A DNA stretch of 64,000 nt from Halocafeteria seosinensis (taxonomy: Eukaryota), in contig LVLI01000094.1 of NCBI GenBank assembly GCA_001687465.1, positions 1 to 64,000 on the forward strand. Reading direction: 5' to 3'. The notes beneath the pieces are model-generated. The model saw only the letters and a list, made by a program, of their open reading frames with translations. It was not told the origin of the DNA and ran no database searches. Shown here piece after piece: positions 35,106 through 49,386 of the stretch. The first letter of the stretch is position 1. Every line of letters starts with the position of its first letter. Made by a program: the position numbers and the translations under genes.

Positions 35106-36130
35106 TTAGCGACGGTCTCCAATAAGACGCAAAATATACAAGAAAAGTTGCACCACGTCAATGTATAACGACAGGGCAGCCAGCACATAGTCATCGACAG
35201 TAAACTGTAACTGGCGGTGTTCGCCTCCCAAAATCAATTGAGTGTCAAACACTATGAACCCCGAAAAGAGTAGAGCCCCCAGGGAGGCATACACCAAACG
35301 TAACGAGGGGATAAACAGAGACAATATACCAGTGAATAGTAGGAGAGCAAGGAAACTCGTCATCAGGCCTGATGCTGCTGTAAAATCGGTCTTCGTTTGC
35401 CAAGCGAACACCGTTAAGGCCAAGAAGACACTTATTGTAAGTCCCAATGCCAGTAAGACAGTGTCTGTCTGATAGAAAGAGGAAACGACTCCAACCAAGT
35501 ATGATTCAAATAGCCTGCAGAGAACACACCGGAATATAAAAGTGACGTCGCGTCAAACAGCACGTCTTAAACGGTTGTAAGGACCTACGTGAACGCTCCG
35601 AGACAGATATAGTTTTGAGGGTAGGTGCGAGCAACCTGAGGGAAACATGACAGAGTGAGCAAGAAGCCAATGGATAGGATCCATGCTGAGAAGAACATTC
35701 CCAAACTCTCTTGAGCAACGCTTCGAAGCGCCTGCAAATCACGCATGGAATAAGACTTTAATTGTGCTAACGTCTAACTGATGAGTAATACACTCACCTC
35801 GTTGAAGGTGAATATGCAAGTAATGCCGAAAGTGACGGTCAGTTGGACCGTCAAGATACCATACACTTTCCGAATAAATCCCATGCGAACAACTTTGTCG
35901 GCTTGATCTATACGCTGTGCACCATTGGAAGTTAATGGCACTCCATCGTTATCGTGCTCTTTATGCCCATATCGCCCAAGTTCTGGGTCCTCCGAGAGTG
36001 GAGCCGTATCACTGGCTTTGGGAGTATTTCGTCCGCCATCTGTATAAGGCTCGAACTCGTCGGATGCGGCCTTTGACCCCTGCGAGATCGGCTGGCCGTA
36101 GGCCATTTTGTTTCCTTGTTTGCTTTGCAT
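35106..36130 (-). CDS. Bax inhibitor-1/Lifeguard (TMBIM) membrane protein, copy 2
   Basis: Same motifs (VRMGFIRKVYGILTVQL, FDTQLILGG, DDYVLAALSLYIDVVQLF) and the same exon layout as copy 1. Confidence 0.93.
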
Positions 36131-36595
36131 GGTCGTCGAATGTGCGCGGTCCGTTGCTTTTTAATGTGAGCTACCAACGCAACGACGTCGCTTGTTTGGT
36201 CTCGCCAATAACTTTTCTCTGCCGTAGAATTCAATTGCTCAACCTTAATGCTGCTGTGCTCTCAGAACGCACTCGTGAGCGCGGCAATGAAACTTACGGT
36301 CTCCAACAGCTGATACGGTACGGGTGTATCTTACACAACAACCTCTTATGCGCCATGGACCATGGACCATGGTGTTCGTGCCTTACCAGTAAGTTGTTGA
36401 AGCGACGGTTGTCTCTGGCTTGTGAAGATGCCTACCACACAGCGTAAACGCTGCTTGTCATGTAATTTTAAGAGCATTGTTGTGAGTAAGAGTGCATAAG
36501 CACTTGTGGGGTGGATTCATTAGTCGCTTCGGCTGTGTGTGGAACGAAAGCGCCGCCTATTGATCGAGCGGGGATTTACAGCACAGCAAATAACG

Positions 36596-38018
36596 ATGTC
36601 TTCCCCGCTACAGCGACCCTCAGACACTACTACACAGACGACCGGTGGGTCTCAACAAGACACATCAACGCCTCCTCCCAGATCGTCCTCGACGGGAGTG
36701 TATACGCCCTCCTATCCGGCAACAGATGGTACGTAAGGAGAGGGATGATATGCACATATTCTTACCTATACTTCAACTTGGGTAACTTATTCATACAGAG
36801 CCATTGGCGCCGCCAGCACCACGGTTGACTGGGAATGCAGCTTTGCCAGCCGAAGGCAAGAGGCGCTCGACCACCCCGCACGAAAGGTCAGCCTCTGCTG
36901 GACGCCAGGTGGCCCTGGAAGCACAACAGCACCGGAGCAAGTCTCCCGCGTATGGTATAAAGAATGCCGGAGGTCGACCCACCTCTGGTTCCAGAGGTGG
37001 CCGTGGTATGGGAAGGAGGAAGGCAAGGCGATGGGTGAATGACAATCTGTTGGGCTCTGCCATGTTGTCTCACCTAACACCGGAACAACTGGCAGAGGAG
37101 ATGGAGAGCCTCGACATTGGTGAACATAATCATAGTACAGCCCTGGCCGACCTCTTAGAAATATCACCGGAGGCTGTATCCGCGTTCCGTTCTTGTAAAG
37201 GAGGTCCGACGGAAAGTATGGATGCAACAAAGAAGAGCAATATTACGGGGAAGCTCAAGAGCTTTAATGGCATTAGCCATAAAAGTGGTCCCCTCGCACG
37301 CTTCCAAGGTACGCACGCACCTAGTAACCGAGCTTCCTTTTGCTTGGTATCATGTTAATGATATATTACAGGCGCTGCATACAAGTTTTCTCGCTTAGAC
37401 AGACGATTGCGCGCTGAACTACAAAATGAAATCAGTCGGGCGTATGTCAGTTTGAAGTACGCCGAAGATCCGTGGGAAGCTTTGTGGGTAAAAAACATGG
37501 AAGATTTCATCACTCGCTTTAACAATGTGCGTGAAACTTTCTCATTCGACTTTTGCATGCTTCTCATCATCGTTTTCTCTCTCGTACACTCTCTTTGTTT
37601 GCAGGACGGAGGCTGCGACGTGGTTCCTTCGACCTTACTGGGAAGTTTACAAGAAGAACCTCATGCCCGCAGAGATGCTGATGCTGGCCTGGTATTGAGA
37701 CTCATTTTCGATGAACCATATTACCGACTACTTTCGCATGGCATTTGCCAGTTTCACGGGCTAAACACACGAAGTGCTAACACCAAGAGTGGGAAGCGGG
37801 TTATGTACATCACCCAGTCTAAGCATCGTAACGAAGAGGATGATGAGCAGCTCAGTTTGACAGAATACTTGGTGGCTCTTCGAGAGGCAGAGGAAGCTAG
37901 GAAGGAAACCCAGGAACGCCAATATGTCCGCAGAGGTAATGAAGAACAGTATCGGGACGATTACGTGCTCCCGGAGCACTACAAGGAGAGGGATGCTTCG
38001 GAATACGTGGTGATTTAA
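36596..38018 (+). CDS. R3H-domain protein with R3H-associated N-terminal domain (R3HDM4-like), spliced
   Basis: GRRKARRWVNDNLL and YYRLLSHGICQFHGLNTRS (RxxxH); introns near 36729, 37308 and 37527. Confidence 0.78.
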
Positions 38019-38145
38019 GGTTTTCAATGCAGCTTTTCTCGCACATTCAACGCGATGAATAACTGAGTTTGATAGCGATAGGGTTAGCAAATTCTTGGGT
38101 ACAAGCATAGTCTTAATTTTTCTGGTACGATAACAACACACACTT

Positions 38146-40049
38146 CTAAATACGGACTTGATACTGGCCCGCTCGAGTAACGTATCTAACCCATTTAGTC
38201 ACCTCCGGATTGCTCTTTTCGTGCACCTTACAGGATCGAACCTGTAGTCCCGACGAGGTGAACATTGGTACCTGTATTTTTCAAAGGGGCAAACAACATG
38301 AATCAATAGCACTGACAAGGTCTACACCGCCACCATCCCACAACCTACCTGGAACTCTGCGGTAATTGGTGGCTTTGACCACTGTTTCTTGGTAGTCGTG
38401 CGTATGAGCGAAATGTCAGCGTGCAGAGTGGCCTCAGTCTTTCCTGGGAATTTCCTAATGCGCCAGACAATTGCCCTCTGTTCTGGCTGATACTTTGCTC
38501 TTCCAATGCTAGAGACAATCCGGGCACGGGCGGTGGATGGTGGTGTCTGGAAAGTGAGGAAACCCAAAAGCTATGTTCAGGGGGCAACGAGGAAAGGGAA
38601 CAGGCGCAGTACAACTTACAGGTATTTTGATAACAAGATTCACTCCGTTCAACTGCTCGCTGAAGGGAGCAACCACCTTGACATCCGCAGATACTAGCTC
38701 AGGTCCTCTTTCTTCTACTACCGGTAGAATTCGGAACGGAATCTGTATACCGCTACTGATTCGGTACCGCATAAGCTCAAATTCCCCGTCCGGAGGAACA
38801 AACGTGATCGTTCTGTCCGTGTCAAATTTACCCAGTTGTACACAGCGGTGAAAGCTGACATCCTCTAGCTCTACGCTTTTCTGGCTCTTGCCCCTGTTAC
38901 TCTCGAGCTGTAGCTTGTCGTTCAATCCTAATTTGCAGTCAGGCATGCCGCTAAGGAGCGCCTTCAACACAACTTTGCCTGTGACATCACTACGCAACAA
39001 GTTGCCACTAGTGGACACTAGAATATTCACCGACTCTAAGACGTCAATAAAGATTTCATTCTTCTTGTATACGATGCCCTCGCGTCGCCTGCACACAACA
39101 AACAAAAGAAGCCGTTATACACGGCGCCTTCCCCACATGCACCTATTAGTTAACTTACCAGTCTCGTTTACCGGTGATAGTAGAGGTAATTTTCTTCTGT
39201 TCTGAAACTTCATTAGGTGTTTGTTGTTTACCCAAGTTAATGTACAGTTTGAGTACGTCGAATGCGCATGTTTGGGGATATCCGAAGTCTAGGACCTCTG
39301 CGGGTAAAAAAAGAAGAAAAAACAAAAAAGCCACCCAACAGGTCACATAGATACGCCACTTAAAATATCGTGCTCCAACATTGCGTGACAACGTACCATC
39401 AAGCAATTCGTATACCAATGTAAAGTTGTCCCGCAGCGATTCTTCGTCAAAGTCTGGACCAAAGTATCCTTTTAAGACTTCTACCATGGCGTAGAGGAAG
39501 CGGAAGACCATGATTGAGTTGGCATTAGAGCGAGTGACGGCAACAAGAAAGATATCTTTATGGCGTGTATAGAGAAATGTGTTGCCTTCAATACTGCGCA
39601 CAGGAGCGGAAGATCCCGTATTCTTGTTGGTTATCACTTGCACTCGGAACGCCGCCGCCGCTGAGGTAGACACATCGTCCCTGCACATTCATTCAAATGC
39701 AACACCACGTCAGCGCACTATCGACCACGAAAAATAAGACGTGTGTGATGAAATAAGAGTTTGGTTGCACCAAGATAGATAGATAGATACGGCTGTTTTT
39801 CTCCCCTGTTTTCCACCTCTTACGGGCCCCAGAAGAGACCTCATCCAACGCAATGGGTATCCATTGTGCCCCTTTAGTCTATTTAAGGTGGATACGACTC
39901 TTCATACGCATTGGGGGAAGCAAGATGTGCTCTTTTCCATGGAGCAACCACCCGCGTTCCGATGGAATACGGCCTTTATATACGTACCTGTAGAGTCGCG
40001 AGAGGATCACATCCCCACGCTGGTTGACAAAGAAGAGCCCAGAGATCAT
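38146..40049 (-). CDS. AP2M1: Adaptor complex AP-2 medium (mu) subunit, multi-exon
   Basis: MISGLFFVNQRGDVILSRLYR|DDVS, NFTLVYELLD|EVLDFGYPQ, KNEIFIDVLE, LSGMPDCKLGLNDK, FVPPDGEFELMRYR and KWVRYVTRAGQYQVRI*. Confidence 0.93.
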
Positions 40050-40417
40050 ATTCGGTCGTCCAGATTGGGAGTAGTCGATGTCTAGGTGCTCATAGGGGTA
40101 ATCAAACGCGAAGGGGGAAAAGCAGTTCTCCCCTTTTCTCCCCCCTATCCGGGCGCTCAGCCCGGAGGGAGAGGAAGTCAGCCCGGATTATTTTCCATAG
40201 GTTTGGTAAAACTAATGAGTATTTGCTCCTATACATACACGGTTTTGGCGGTCACAGGTAGGTACTTTTCTTGGCGGATAAACAGTAGTCGTGCGCTGTG
40301 GTGGCCGAAACCTGAAGAGGGGGTGGTCATTCATCATGTTGATGGATGAGGTGATTTCCCCTCATCATCAAGTGTACCAAATCATCCCCTAAGAGGACGA
40401 AGGTCGAGTCCACTGCC

Positions 40418-41704
40418 ATGGGCCTGGATTCGCAAGAAGATGCCGTCCTTATCGTGCTACTCGTTCTATATGTTGGCCTCTTGGGGTATACCAACTACCA
40501 GATGTTGCGTCTGTGGACTCGGAAACACAAGATTGTGAGCTATCGAATGGTACGTCATGGCCTTGTGCAAGCAAGGTTAAGGTTCATAGGACTTACTTTA
40601 TACTGTACTACAACTAGTACAGGGATTTTGTGTCGGAGTGGCACTGTGGTCGGCTCTCCGAGTGGCGTACTGGATTATGCTACTGGTTGGGGGTGACGAT
40701 TTGGCGTCGTCCCTTGGCAGTATGCTACTGTTTTGGCTACCACAAGCATTTCAGTTCGGAGTCTTTGGGCTATTGACTATTTTCTACTTGAAACTTACCC
40801 ACCGAAGCAATTGGAGGAGGCACTGGAAAGTACCCACTTTCACCACGTATTCGATTGGAGTAACCATATTGGTATGCCTCGAAATTCTGTCGGCGTGCTT
40901 CGCTGTCAACAGCAACGCAACCCCAAGTCAAGTGAATAGTGTTGCAACAAGTGGACTATTTGCAGTCCTTGGGTGCTCATATGTGTAGGTTCGCGACTGA
41001 AGTGTGTCCTGGTTTGACCTGATTTTGTGGACCCCTCCTTGTTTTGATGCAGCTACTTTGCCTACCGAATTCATAAGCTCAAGCCTTCCGAATACCAACG
41101 CATGTTTGCTTTACGCCCTACAACTATTGTTGTCACGAACGTCGTTTTATCCGTAGTATTTTTGTCCAGGGCTGCATTTGATCTCGTATCGGGACTAGGC
41201 GCCGTCACCATATCGCTTCCCCCAACGAGTGCAAAAGAGCAGGCTGCTGTGTTTGCCGGATTTACTGGGTGGGAAATTCTCCCCATTTTATTATTGTTTT
41301 TAACACTGGCCACAGAAAGGGAAGGAAGGGAAGCAACGCCAGCTCCCCGCCCATCATTCGGAATCTTTGGTGTCATTGAGGAGGCCGAGAAGGAAACTGC
41401 AGAACAGGGGAAGTGGGACTTCGAGCTACACGGAAAAGACAACGAGACGAACGAGGCTCTGGCAGAAAATGGTGCATTTACTCCTCTTGTCCGGGGTGGA
41501 CGCTCGCGACGACTAAATGGAAATAGTCTTTCAGTGCCACCTTCGGCTTACACTGGTGACACCGAGAGTCGGGTCACTTCTTACAGTTTTGTATACGAAA
41601 GCGGTGACATGGCTCACGCGATGCATGAAGCGTTGCTGAGGCAGCAGCAAGAAGAAGATGTGAACTCGGTCGAGACGAAAAGTCAACGAAGTGATAACGG
41701 GTAA
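40418..41704 (+). CDS. GPR137/TOM1-THH1-like multi-pass membrane protein, spliced
   Basis: About 7 hydrophobic segments with LWSALRVAYW, FWLPQAFQFGVFGLLTIFY, FLSRA and WEILP motifs. Confidence 0.72.
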
Positions 41705-42126
41705 AGCAGGTTGATTGTGCAAAGAAGAGCGGCCTTCGGTTGGAAAAAAAAAAAGAAAAAGGTGAGCGTCGTGGCTAAAACGATTCCACTGGCTACCACT
41801 TGGCCAAGCGTTACTTAGCCCGTGGGAAAGTTGCCTCCAAGACTGGTGAAGACTTCAAGTGTCAGCCAGAAATGTAGAAGTGCTCCATGGATACAACCTC
41901 TTCTGCCGAGTCCACTTGCAGAAGAACAGCCCTGTCCCCTCCTGGGGATAGCGGTTTACGTATTAAGCGAAGAGCAACATACATACAAGCAGATGTGTGC
42001 ATTTGTCGGGTTTTGTAACTAGGTCATAGTGAGATGCTCTTTGACGGTAAACGCCACCACGGGTGGGTCCAAAGTCCACGTCGCCCCCTTTTCTACTCAG
42101 CACACAATTCAGGAAGGATAGAAGCA

Positions 42127-43876
42127 TCAATTCATATTCGTAGTGTATAAGACTGCAGAGGTTATCCAAGTATCTCTCCCAGGAGACATCTGCATTTCAT
42201 AGTAATTGAGGCCGTGTTCAACATGCGATGAGAGGTTCATGGCACTTGTATAGTCGAAAGAAGTTCCGTTTGAGGAAAGTGCCATGGGGAAGACGGGAGA
42301 ATAAGAGAATGCTCCTTGTAAAGCAAAGCGGGAAAACTGCGAACCGGAGAAGCCAGGGATCGGTAATTTCTTGCCCGAGCAATCTGACGAAGGACACACT
42401 GCAACGGAACAGAGCTGGGCAGGAAGCAAAGGATCAAAGTAATATCCGTTAAGCGCAATCAATGCAAATGTTGGTCTATTCCCGGGCGAGCGGATGCTAT
42501 AGTCCACAGAACACGAGAGATTGCCATGGGTGACATTGGCAATCCCGGATGGTTGTTCCTCGATGTTGAAGCTCTTTAGGCTATAAACGCCCGAAGGTTG
42601 TCTAGGACCGCGCAGCGCTTGCCGTTTATCTTTGCCACTGTATGCATCTTGTTTAAGTGAGTTTCTAAGTACCGACGGTTGTTTTGGGAGTTTGGCCATC
42701 ATCAATTTTGGTTGCTGGTAATCATTCATAACGAACGTAGTGTTGAGTGGCACTCCTCGAGAGTATATACCAGAGCCGGAGTGTAGATAACTATAGCCGA
42801 CGTTCGAAGCAATTAGATTGGCGTCAAGAGTTTGTGATACCGCTTGTTGAATCTGTGTTGCCGATATGAGCGGATAGGATCCATCGTTGTTCCAGTACGT
42901 AGAAAATACGAAATTGTTGATACCCAATTGCGTATGAAGCTCTATGGGTGGGGCATGAAAGAAAATATCAAAGCAAATGAACTGTCCAAAGCGCACCCCG
43001 AAATCCGTATCAAAGTATTTTAGTGTCGGTCGATCCGGTGGTTCATCGAATATCTGCAGCCGGGGAAGATCTTCTGCGTGATGCGCTACCTATCCCTTCC
43101 GACGCAAGAGACACTTACTTTGGCTTCTCCCACATATAAGTGGTTTTTGTTGTAGTGACTGAGTATTTCTCCTGTACTACCAAATGCTACTTGCGTATTA
43201 AACTGATAGTGTCCTCCCTGAGGACATGTAGGGTTCTGAGCGGAACAACTCTGGCTGAGGGCAACATCTACCACCAACGTCAAGCGCATGCCTCTGGCGA
43301 CGCAAGACGTCTGCAACACGTGTATAACGAATCCACTAATTTGCGTAGCATGTACTGTACACTGACGAGCTGACTTACCTTGTATAACGTCGGGGAAGCT
43401 CCATCCTTCGAACTCGATTCCACAACGGTGGTGAATTCTTGGTACGCCTGCTTTTTTTTCGCTGGATCACTACTACGCGTCATAGTCTCCAATTCCTGTG
43501 CGGTTCGGAGCGCCATAGAAGCATTACAAATCTCAGTCTGTTCGGCGGAAAACGTCTGCAGATAGGGTTCCACACTGCTGCGTTGGGTAAAGGGGAAGCC
43601 GGAAAGTCCTTGCTCGGGAAGCACCAGAATCTGAGCTCCATGGTCTTTCGCCTCCACAAGGAATTCACTTAAACTCGCCAAGTTCTTCAGCATCTGCCGA
43701 TTCGCCTCCATGGGTGACGGCACGGGCTGCTCGTGCAGCGTCTGAGGAGCGTACTGTATGGAAGCTCCCACATACGTGTGGCTGGAATCGTCCCCGAGAC
43801 CCACAACATGTGGACAGAGCACTGCCGCGAATAATACCACGGCGGTGGCGATCTCAGCACTACACGAGACACTCAT
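42127..43876 (-). CDS. Vanin/biotinidase-like secreted carbon-nitrogen hydrolase, spliced
   Basis: Signal peptide; E-K-C triad in GAQILVLPEQG, YNKNHLY and FGQFICFDIFF; YQFNTQVAF; vanin-like C-terminal domain. Confidence 0.88.
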
Positions 43877-44192
43877 TTTCAAAACGACAGACAAGTCAAT
43901 TGACAATCCATTTTGACGCTCATGTCTATGTCTGTCCGTGGTATGGAGTTCCACCAATGTCCTCAAGCGAGAAGTCAACGATGTCGGTTCAAGACTAGAA
44001 GGAACTTTGAAACTGATGGGAGACTATAGAACACGAGAATGTAACACGAACTTACTTCATAAACGTGCACAGAGAAAAGGAAATGTGAATAGCCAAAACG
44101 GTGATGAGAACTTGGAAATTGCGTTGTAACACAATGCATAATGGAACAGTTATGATAATTGTTTTTGTACATTCAAAATTGTCAACTCATCA

Positions 44193-47100
44193 CTACTTCT
44201 TGCTCTCACTATCACTCTTATTATTAGTAGAACTTTCATCAAAAGTCAAGCTATAAGAGTCGTCATCATCCTCACCAGCTTCGTCCCCTTCGGAGTCGGA
44301 TATACCAACAGTGGCAGAGCGATGCCTCGACGATTGTTTGCGTGTTGATGCACTTACAGGACGTTTGGAACCTGAACCTGCACGGGAGCCCGTCGAAACG
44401 TTGAGACGGATACTTGATTCATCCACATCAGTATCCTTCCCCCCTTCATCAAAGTCTACGCCGTAGATCCACGACTTTCCTTCGTCAGATTTCTTGACAC
44501 TAGTGACAACTCCGGGATAGTAGCTAAGGCCCTTCTTCTTGTGTTTCGCCTCGACTCGGTCTCCAATCTTAAACGCAGGAGTATCAGCCGAAGGGCTAGC
44601 CAACCCACCAGGTGAGCCACCAGGCCGTCTACGTATATTTTTCGGGGAGGCTTCGTGTTCCTTGTCGCCATCGTCATACTCAATGCCGTAACGCCACTCA
44701 TCACCGGTTAACGACTTCTCGACGCTCAGGATTTTCCCCGGGTAATACTTCTTACTTTTTCCTTTAAACCGCGCTTCAACAGCATCACCGATATTGAACT
44801 CCGGATCTCCCATCTTTCCTCCATCATCCCCCTGAGAGGGATCAGCTTCCGGCTCAACATTGGCTTTGTCAACTAACCTCATATATTCTTCTTTTGCTGA
44901 TTCTTCCTTATCACCATCATCGTACTCTATTCCGTAGACATAACCCTCTCCCTCTCCTGTTTCCTTTACACTACTGACCACACCAGGATAGTATTTCTTG
45001 CTTTTGCCTTTAAACCGAGCCTCAACCTTATCACCAACCTTAAATGCGGCTTTCCGTTTAGAAGATGATACCGACGAAGTTACAGCATCTTTCATGCCAG
45101 ACACATCAGCCGAAGATGATGCGGACTCTTTCAATTTTTCCGGTTCCTCTACTAACACAATATTCTCTTCTTTCGCTTCGCTCTCTTTGTCGCCATCATC
45201 GTAATCAATGCTATACGCGTATCCACTACTATCAGGGGACGATTTCACACTACTGATTTTGCCACTATAATACTTCCGACCCTTCCCTTTGTACCGAGCC
45301 TTCACTTTGTCACCAACTTTAAACTTTGCCTCCGCAACGGAACCCTCCTTCGCTACAGCTACTTTTTCCGTATCCTTCTCTTTATTCTTTTCATTGCTCA
45401 CATCTGGTTCTTTACGCTTTATCAATCGAATATATTCTTCTTTCGCCTCATCTTCTTTGTCGCCATCGTCGTAATCAATTCGATATCGCCATTCCGAACC
45501 ATCGCTCGATTTATGCACATCCCGAATTTTTCCCGGGAAGTACTTTCGTGCCTTGCCTTTGAATCGGGCTTCAATTTCGTCCCCAACACTAAACGCAGGC
45601 TCCTCCAGCTTTTTATCTAATGTCCCTTTTCCAGAAGAGGTGTCTCGTATGTCGGATGTTTTTGTCTTATCTGCGGTACCGGCTTTTTCGAGTAAACGGA
45701 TATATTCTGCGTTCGCTTCGCTTTCCTTGTCACCATCGTCATAATCGATCCCGTAAACGTATCTTCCACCCTTCGACGACTCTTTTACACTTGTAATTAC
45801 CCCAGGATAATACTTCTTGGCTTTTCCTTTAAATTTTGCTTCCACTCTATCACCCACAGCAAACGACGAGTCCGGTCGTTTTTCGAATTCCTTCGTTCGC
45901 AACGGTTTGTCAGCAACCTGCTTGACTTTATCCTTCGCTTTCTGCAACAAACGGATAAATTCTTCTTTTGCCTCCTCTTCTTTATCTCCATCATCGTAAT
46001 CTATAGCATATAGAACCTGGCCTCCACTTCCCTCTTTAACCTCCCTAATGACCCCCGGGTAATATTTCTTGGCCTTCCCCTTATACTTTGCTTCTACTTG
46101 ATCACCTACTTCGAACTTAGCCCTGGATGCGATTCCCTCGCTATCCTTGCCGCTATCGGTCTCTTTGGTTTCTTCTGGTGGGGTTTCGTCCTTGGATCTG
46201 GATCTTATATTTTTCTCCAAAGCGTCACTCTCTGAGTCCCCCTCTTCGTAGTCGATGGAGTAGCGCCATGATCCTCCACTTGGAGATCGTTTTACACTTC
46301 GAATTGTACCGGGGAAGTACTTTTTCCCTCTTCCCCGTAACAGTGCCTCCACTTTATCTCCTACCCGGAAAGTCGCAGAGCTTCTTGTGCTTCCTTTCAC
46401 AGTTGACGTGGACCCCTTGGGTTCGGAAAACTCTTCAGTTTCCTTTTCCTCCGTCAGCAATGAAATATTTTCCATTTTCACATTATCTTCAGTGTCTCCG
46501 TCATCGTATTCAATTTGAAACACCCACTCATCATCCCCAGACTTCTTGGATTCGGTTATTTTGCCTTTATACTTTTTCTTCCCTCCCTTGTAGTTCACTT
46601 CCACCCGATCCCCTTCTTTGTAAGGTTCATCTGAGCCCTTTTCATAGCTTCCCTGTTCGGTGGAAGTCTGTTTAGACACAGGTCTAGTAGGACACTGTGA
46701 GGTCTTACTCTCGCTTGCTGTGGTCACAGTGCGACGAGCTCCACTTGTACGAGTAGCCATGCCTCTGCTGTCTTTCTTACTCTCTGATTCCGTCTTCTTG
46801 CGAAGGTTATCTTCGGAAACATCACGCTTCCACTTTTTGGCAGTTGTATACACATCGTAGGAAGGACCTTGTTCTCCACGTGATGCCACTTGTACAGTCC
46901 CAGAAATCCACTCTCCCGATGTAACATCCCAGACTTCGACAAAGTCGCCTTTTTGAAACTGGAATCGAGACCCGCTAGACTTCTCAGGAGCCTCTCTGAC
47001 TTTTGCAGTAATTTCGGTCGTCTTCTTTGTTTGCGTTTTGGGGGTTTCTGACTTGGATGCGTCACTACTGGCTTCATTCGCACTCGGCGTAGTTGAGTTG

Positions 47101-49386
47101 CTCTTGGTAGTCACTTGCTCGCTTCGCGACTTTGACGTACTTACCTCGGAGCCGGCAACGCTGGATTCTTTTTGAGCACTTGTCGACGACGGTTTTTGTT
47201 TTGCAGGTGGTGTATCCGTATACAGGACTAACTCCGACTCCGGGGCCCACACACATTCACCCTTCTCAGGCCGCAGAGAGTACTTGGTGGATAGTCCAAC
47301 GTCGGGATCAGATGGGAGTTCATAATCTACTATTTCCATTGTGGCCGTTGGATCCTTTTGTGTGTTATAAACTTTGTCCTCCGTAGAAAATCCTGCTAAA
47401 GTGATAGCCAGTGGTTCACCTTCAAGGAAAGAAAATCCCCCCATCCAAGCGGGTGCCCGCTTTGGCTTGTGCTCTAGTCCATTCATCGTCGGAAGCGGCC
47501 GGCTTAACTTCATAAACTGATCGACTGCGGATATAAAATGGCTTGTGTCTTTAAGGGACAAGGAACGGACAAGTTCAATAACCTCTTCCGCGGCATCACT
47601 GTGACGCATTAACCTTTGTCTAACTCGAAAACGAAGCAGGTTCACTGCGTGCACAGTGCTTCGAATCCTCGAATATTCTTTTGATTCCGAGTACCAGGGG
47701 TCCGTTCCCGGAAAGGAGTTCCAACCATCAACCATACTAACCGCCACTAGAAGATTTTCACGGCGATTCGCAGATCCCATTTCCGTTGGCACCGCAGCTT
47801 GGCGCTTCGAGGACTCAGTTGTTGACCCTGCGGACGACGCTTCAATAGAAGCAATTTGCTCCCGAATGTTCTTGATTTTGTTGAGTGTTTCCATGGCATC
47901 CGCTTCATACTTAGATGATTCTTCAAGCAATTGCCGCTGGTTAAAACTCCCAGCCGAGTTTTCTGCCAAAGCGATTTCTGTCAAATGGCTCGAAGTCGCG
48001 AACTGTGATTGGCATTGGGACTGAAGCTGGTGTAGTTCATGTGTTAACATCTGTAGTTGTTGCTGCTTTTGATATTCCCTGGCGTCATTGCGGGAAACAC
48101 CTGAGGGTGTCTCAGACGCACAACCACCGGGTGACGTCCTACTGGGTGCTCGACGTCTCCGGCAAGATGACCCGTAGCATTTGGAGCCAAACTGGCAAAA
48201 GCAAGCAACAAAATCAGTGAAGTCGCTTAAAGAAACGCGCAACGATGCAAGATCGCCATCTTCGGTTTCTTCACTAGCCTTTACTTCCACCCCTCGAGAA
48301 GAAAATAGTGTTGCCACTTCGTCGAAAACAGTATCCATCGGGTAACCAAGCCGATTCAATCCGAGAAACACTCCTCTTTGAGATAGCTTGGGGCTATGTA
48401 CATTGATTATCTCCCCTCTCCTTAGCTTGTCCAGATCCAATGTGCTGGCATCTGTGTGGACGGCTGAGCTCACATACACATGATACAGACGGAGCAGCTG
48501 TTGGGCATGTAAAAGATTGAGTGTTTCAGGGTGAAGCTGCTGGCTCAAGAAGACGCAAACATGTCGATGCACCGGAAGAAGGACCTCTTCCCATTTACTT
48601 GCAGTCAGTAGTAGCCATCTGCCCAACGCTGAGGTGGGGTCCGGAAGGTCTGCTGAGAAGGCATACGTTTCGTCAATCTCATGATCCACCTGCTGTGACG
48701 CAAGCTGTTGATGTTCTGAGGGGTGAAACAAAGTTTCCTCGCCCCCAGACGCGGAAAACTCGGGGGCGCCATGGACTGCAGTGTGTCTCGGTGGTGATGC
48801 ATCAACGGCGGGGTTGTGCGCACCATCCCTGGGAGGTGGAGGGCGAAAATCCGTTGTCTCCGAGAATGTATTGTAAAAGGCGGAAGACTGCTTTGGTGGC
48901 CCTTTTTCCTGAGAAGAAAACCCTCTGGCAAGTCTGCTTCAAAACAAAAACCACGCTATCAACAACGATATTATTCAACAGGAATTTCAAACGCGGATTG
49001 TCTTACCTGTAGACTCGGTCAGCTAATTCACGGGCATGTCTACGAGCTTGTTCATCGCCTGTACTTCCAGCACTCGGGTATCTCCCTGCCATGGTTGAGG
49101 AGTAGCCCGCTTCGAGTTTTGCATTGTCCTGCGGAGCCATCCCTGTTGAATAAGTTTGCATTTGCCATCGAGGATGTTTTGGCTGCCGCTGAGGCCCGTT
49201 ATAGCTGTCCTGCCCCTGTGGCGCGAGCGTGCTATGGTTGGCAGCAAAGCTGCCATCCACACTGGTCACTCTTGGAGGAGTGTGTCCTATTGCAGGCACT
49301 GTATCGTAAGGAGAAGGAATAGCAGCTGCAGAAGAGGGGTGGAAGTGTTCCCCTCGTCCCCCATTTGAGTTCCACGAGGCTCTCAT
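44193..49386 (-). CDS. Large protein with 10 Tudor/Agenet-like (SH3-fold) repeats
   Basis: Repeats of F.VGD.VEA.(F/Y)KGK.KKYYPG.I....Y.I.YDDGDKE. An upstream exon (DRVYR) joins in frame through intron 48935-49006. The start codon is approximate. Confidence 0.85.

Noticed and set aside
44998..46675. Repeated plus-strand ORFs (LNRASTLSPT...)
   Set aside because: Antisense translations of the Tudor-like repeats.
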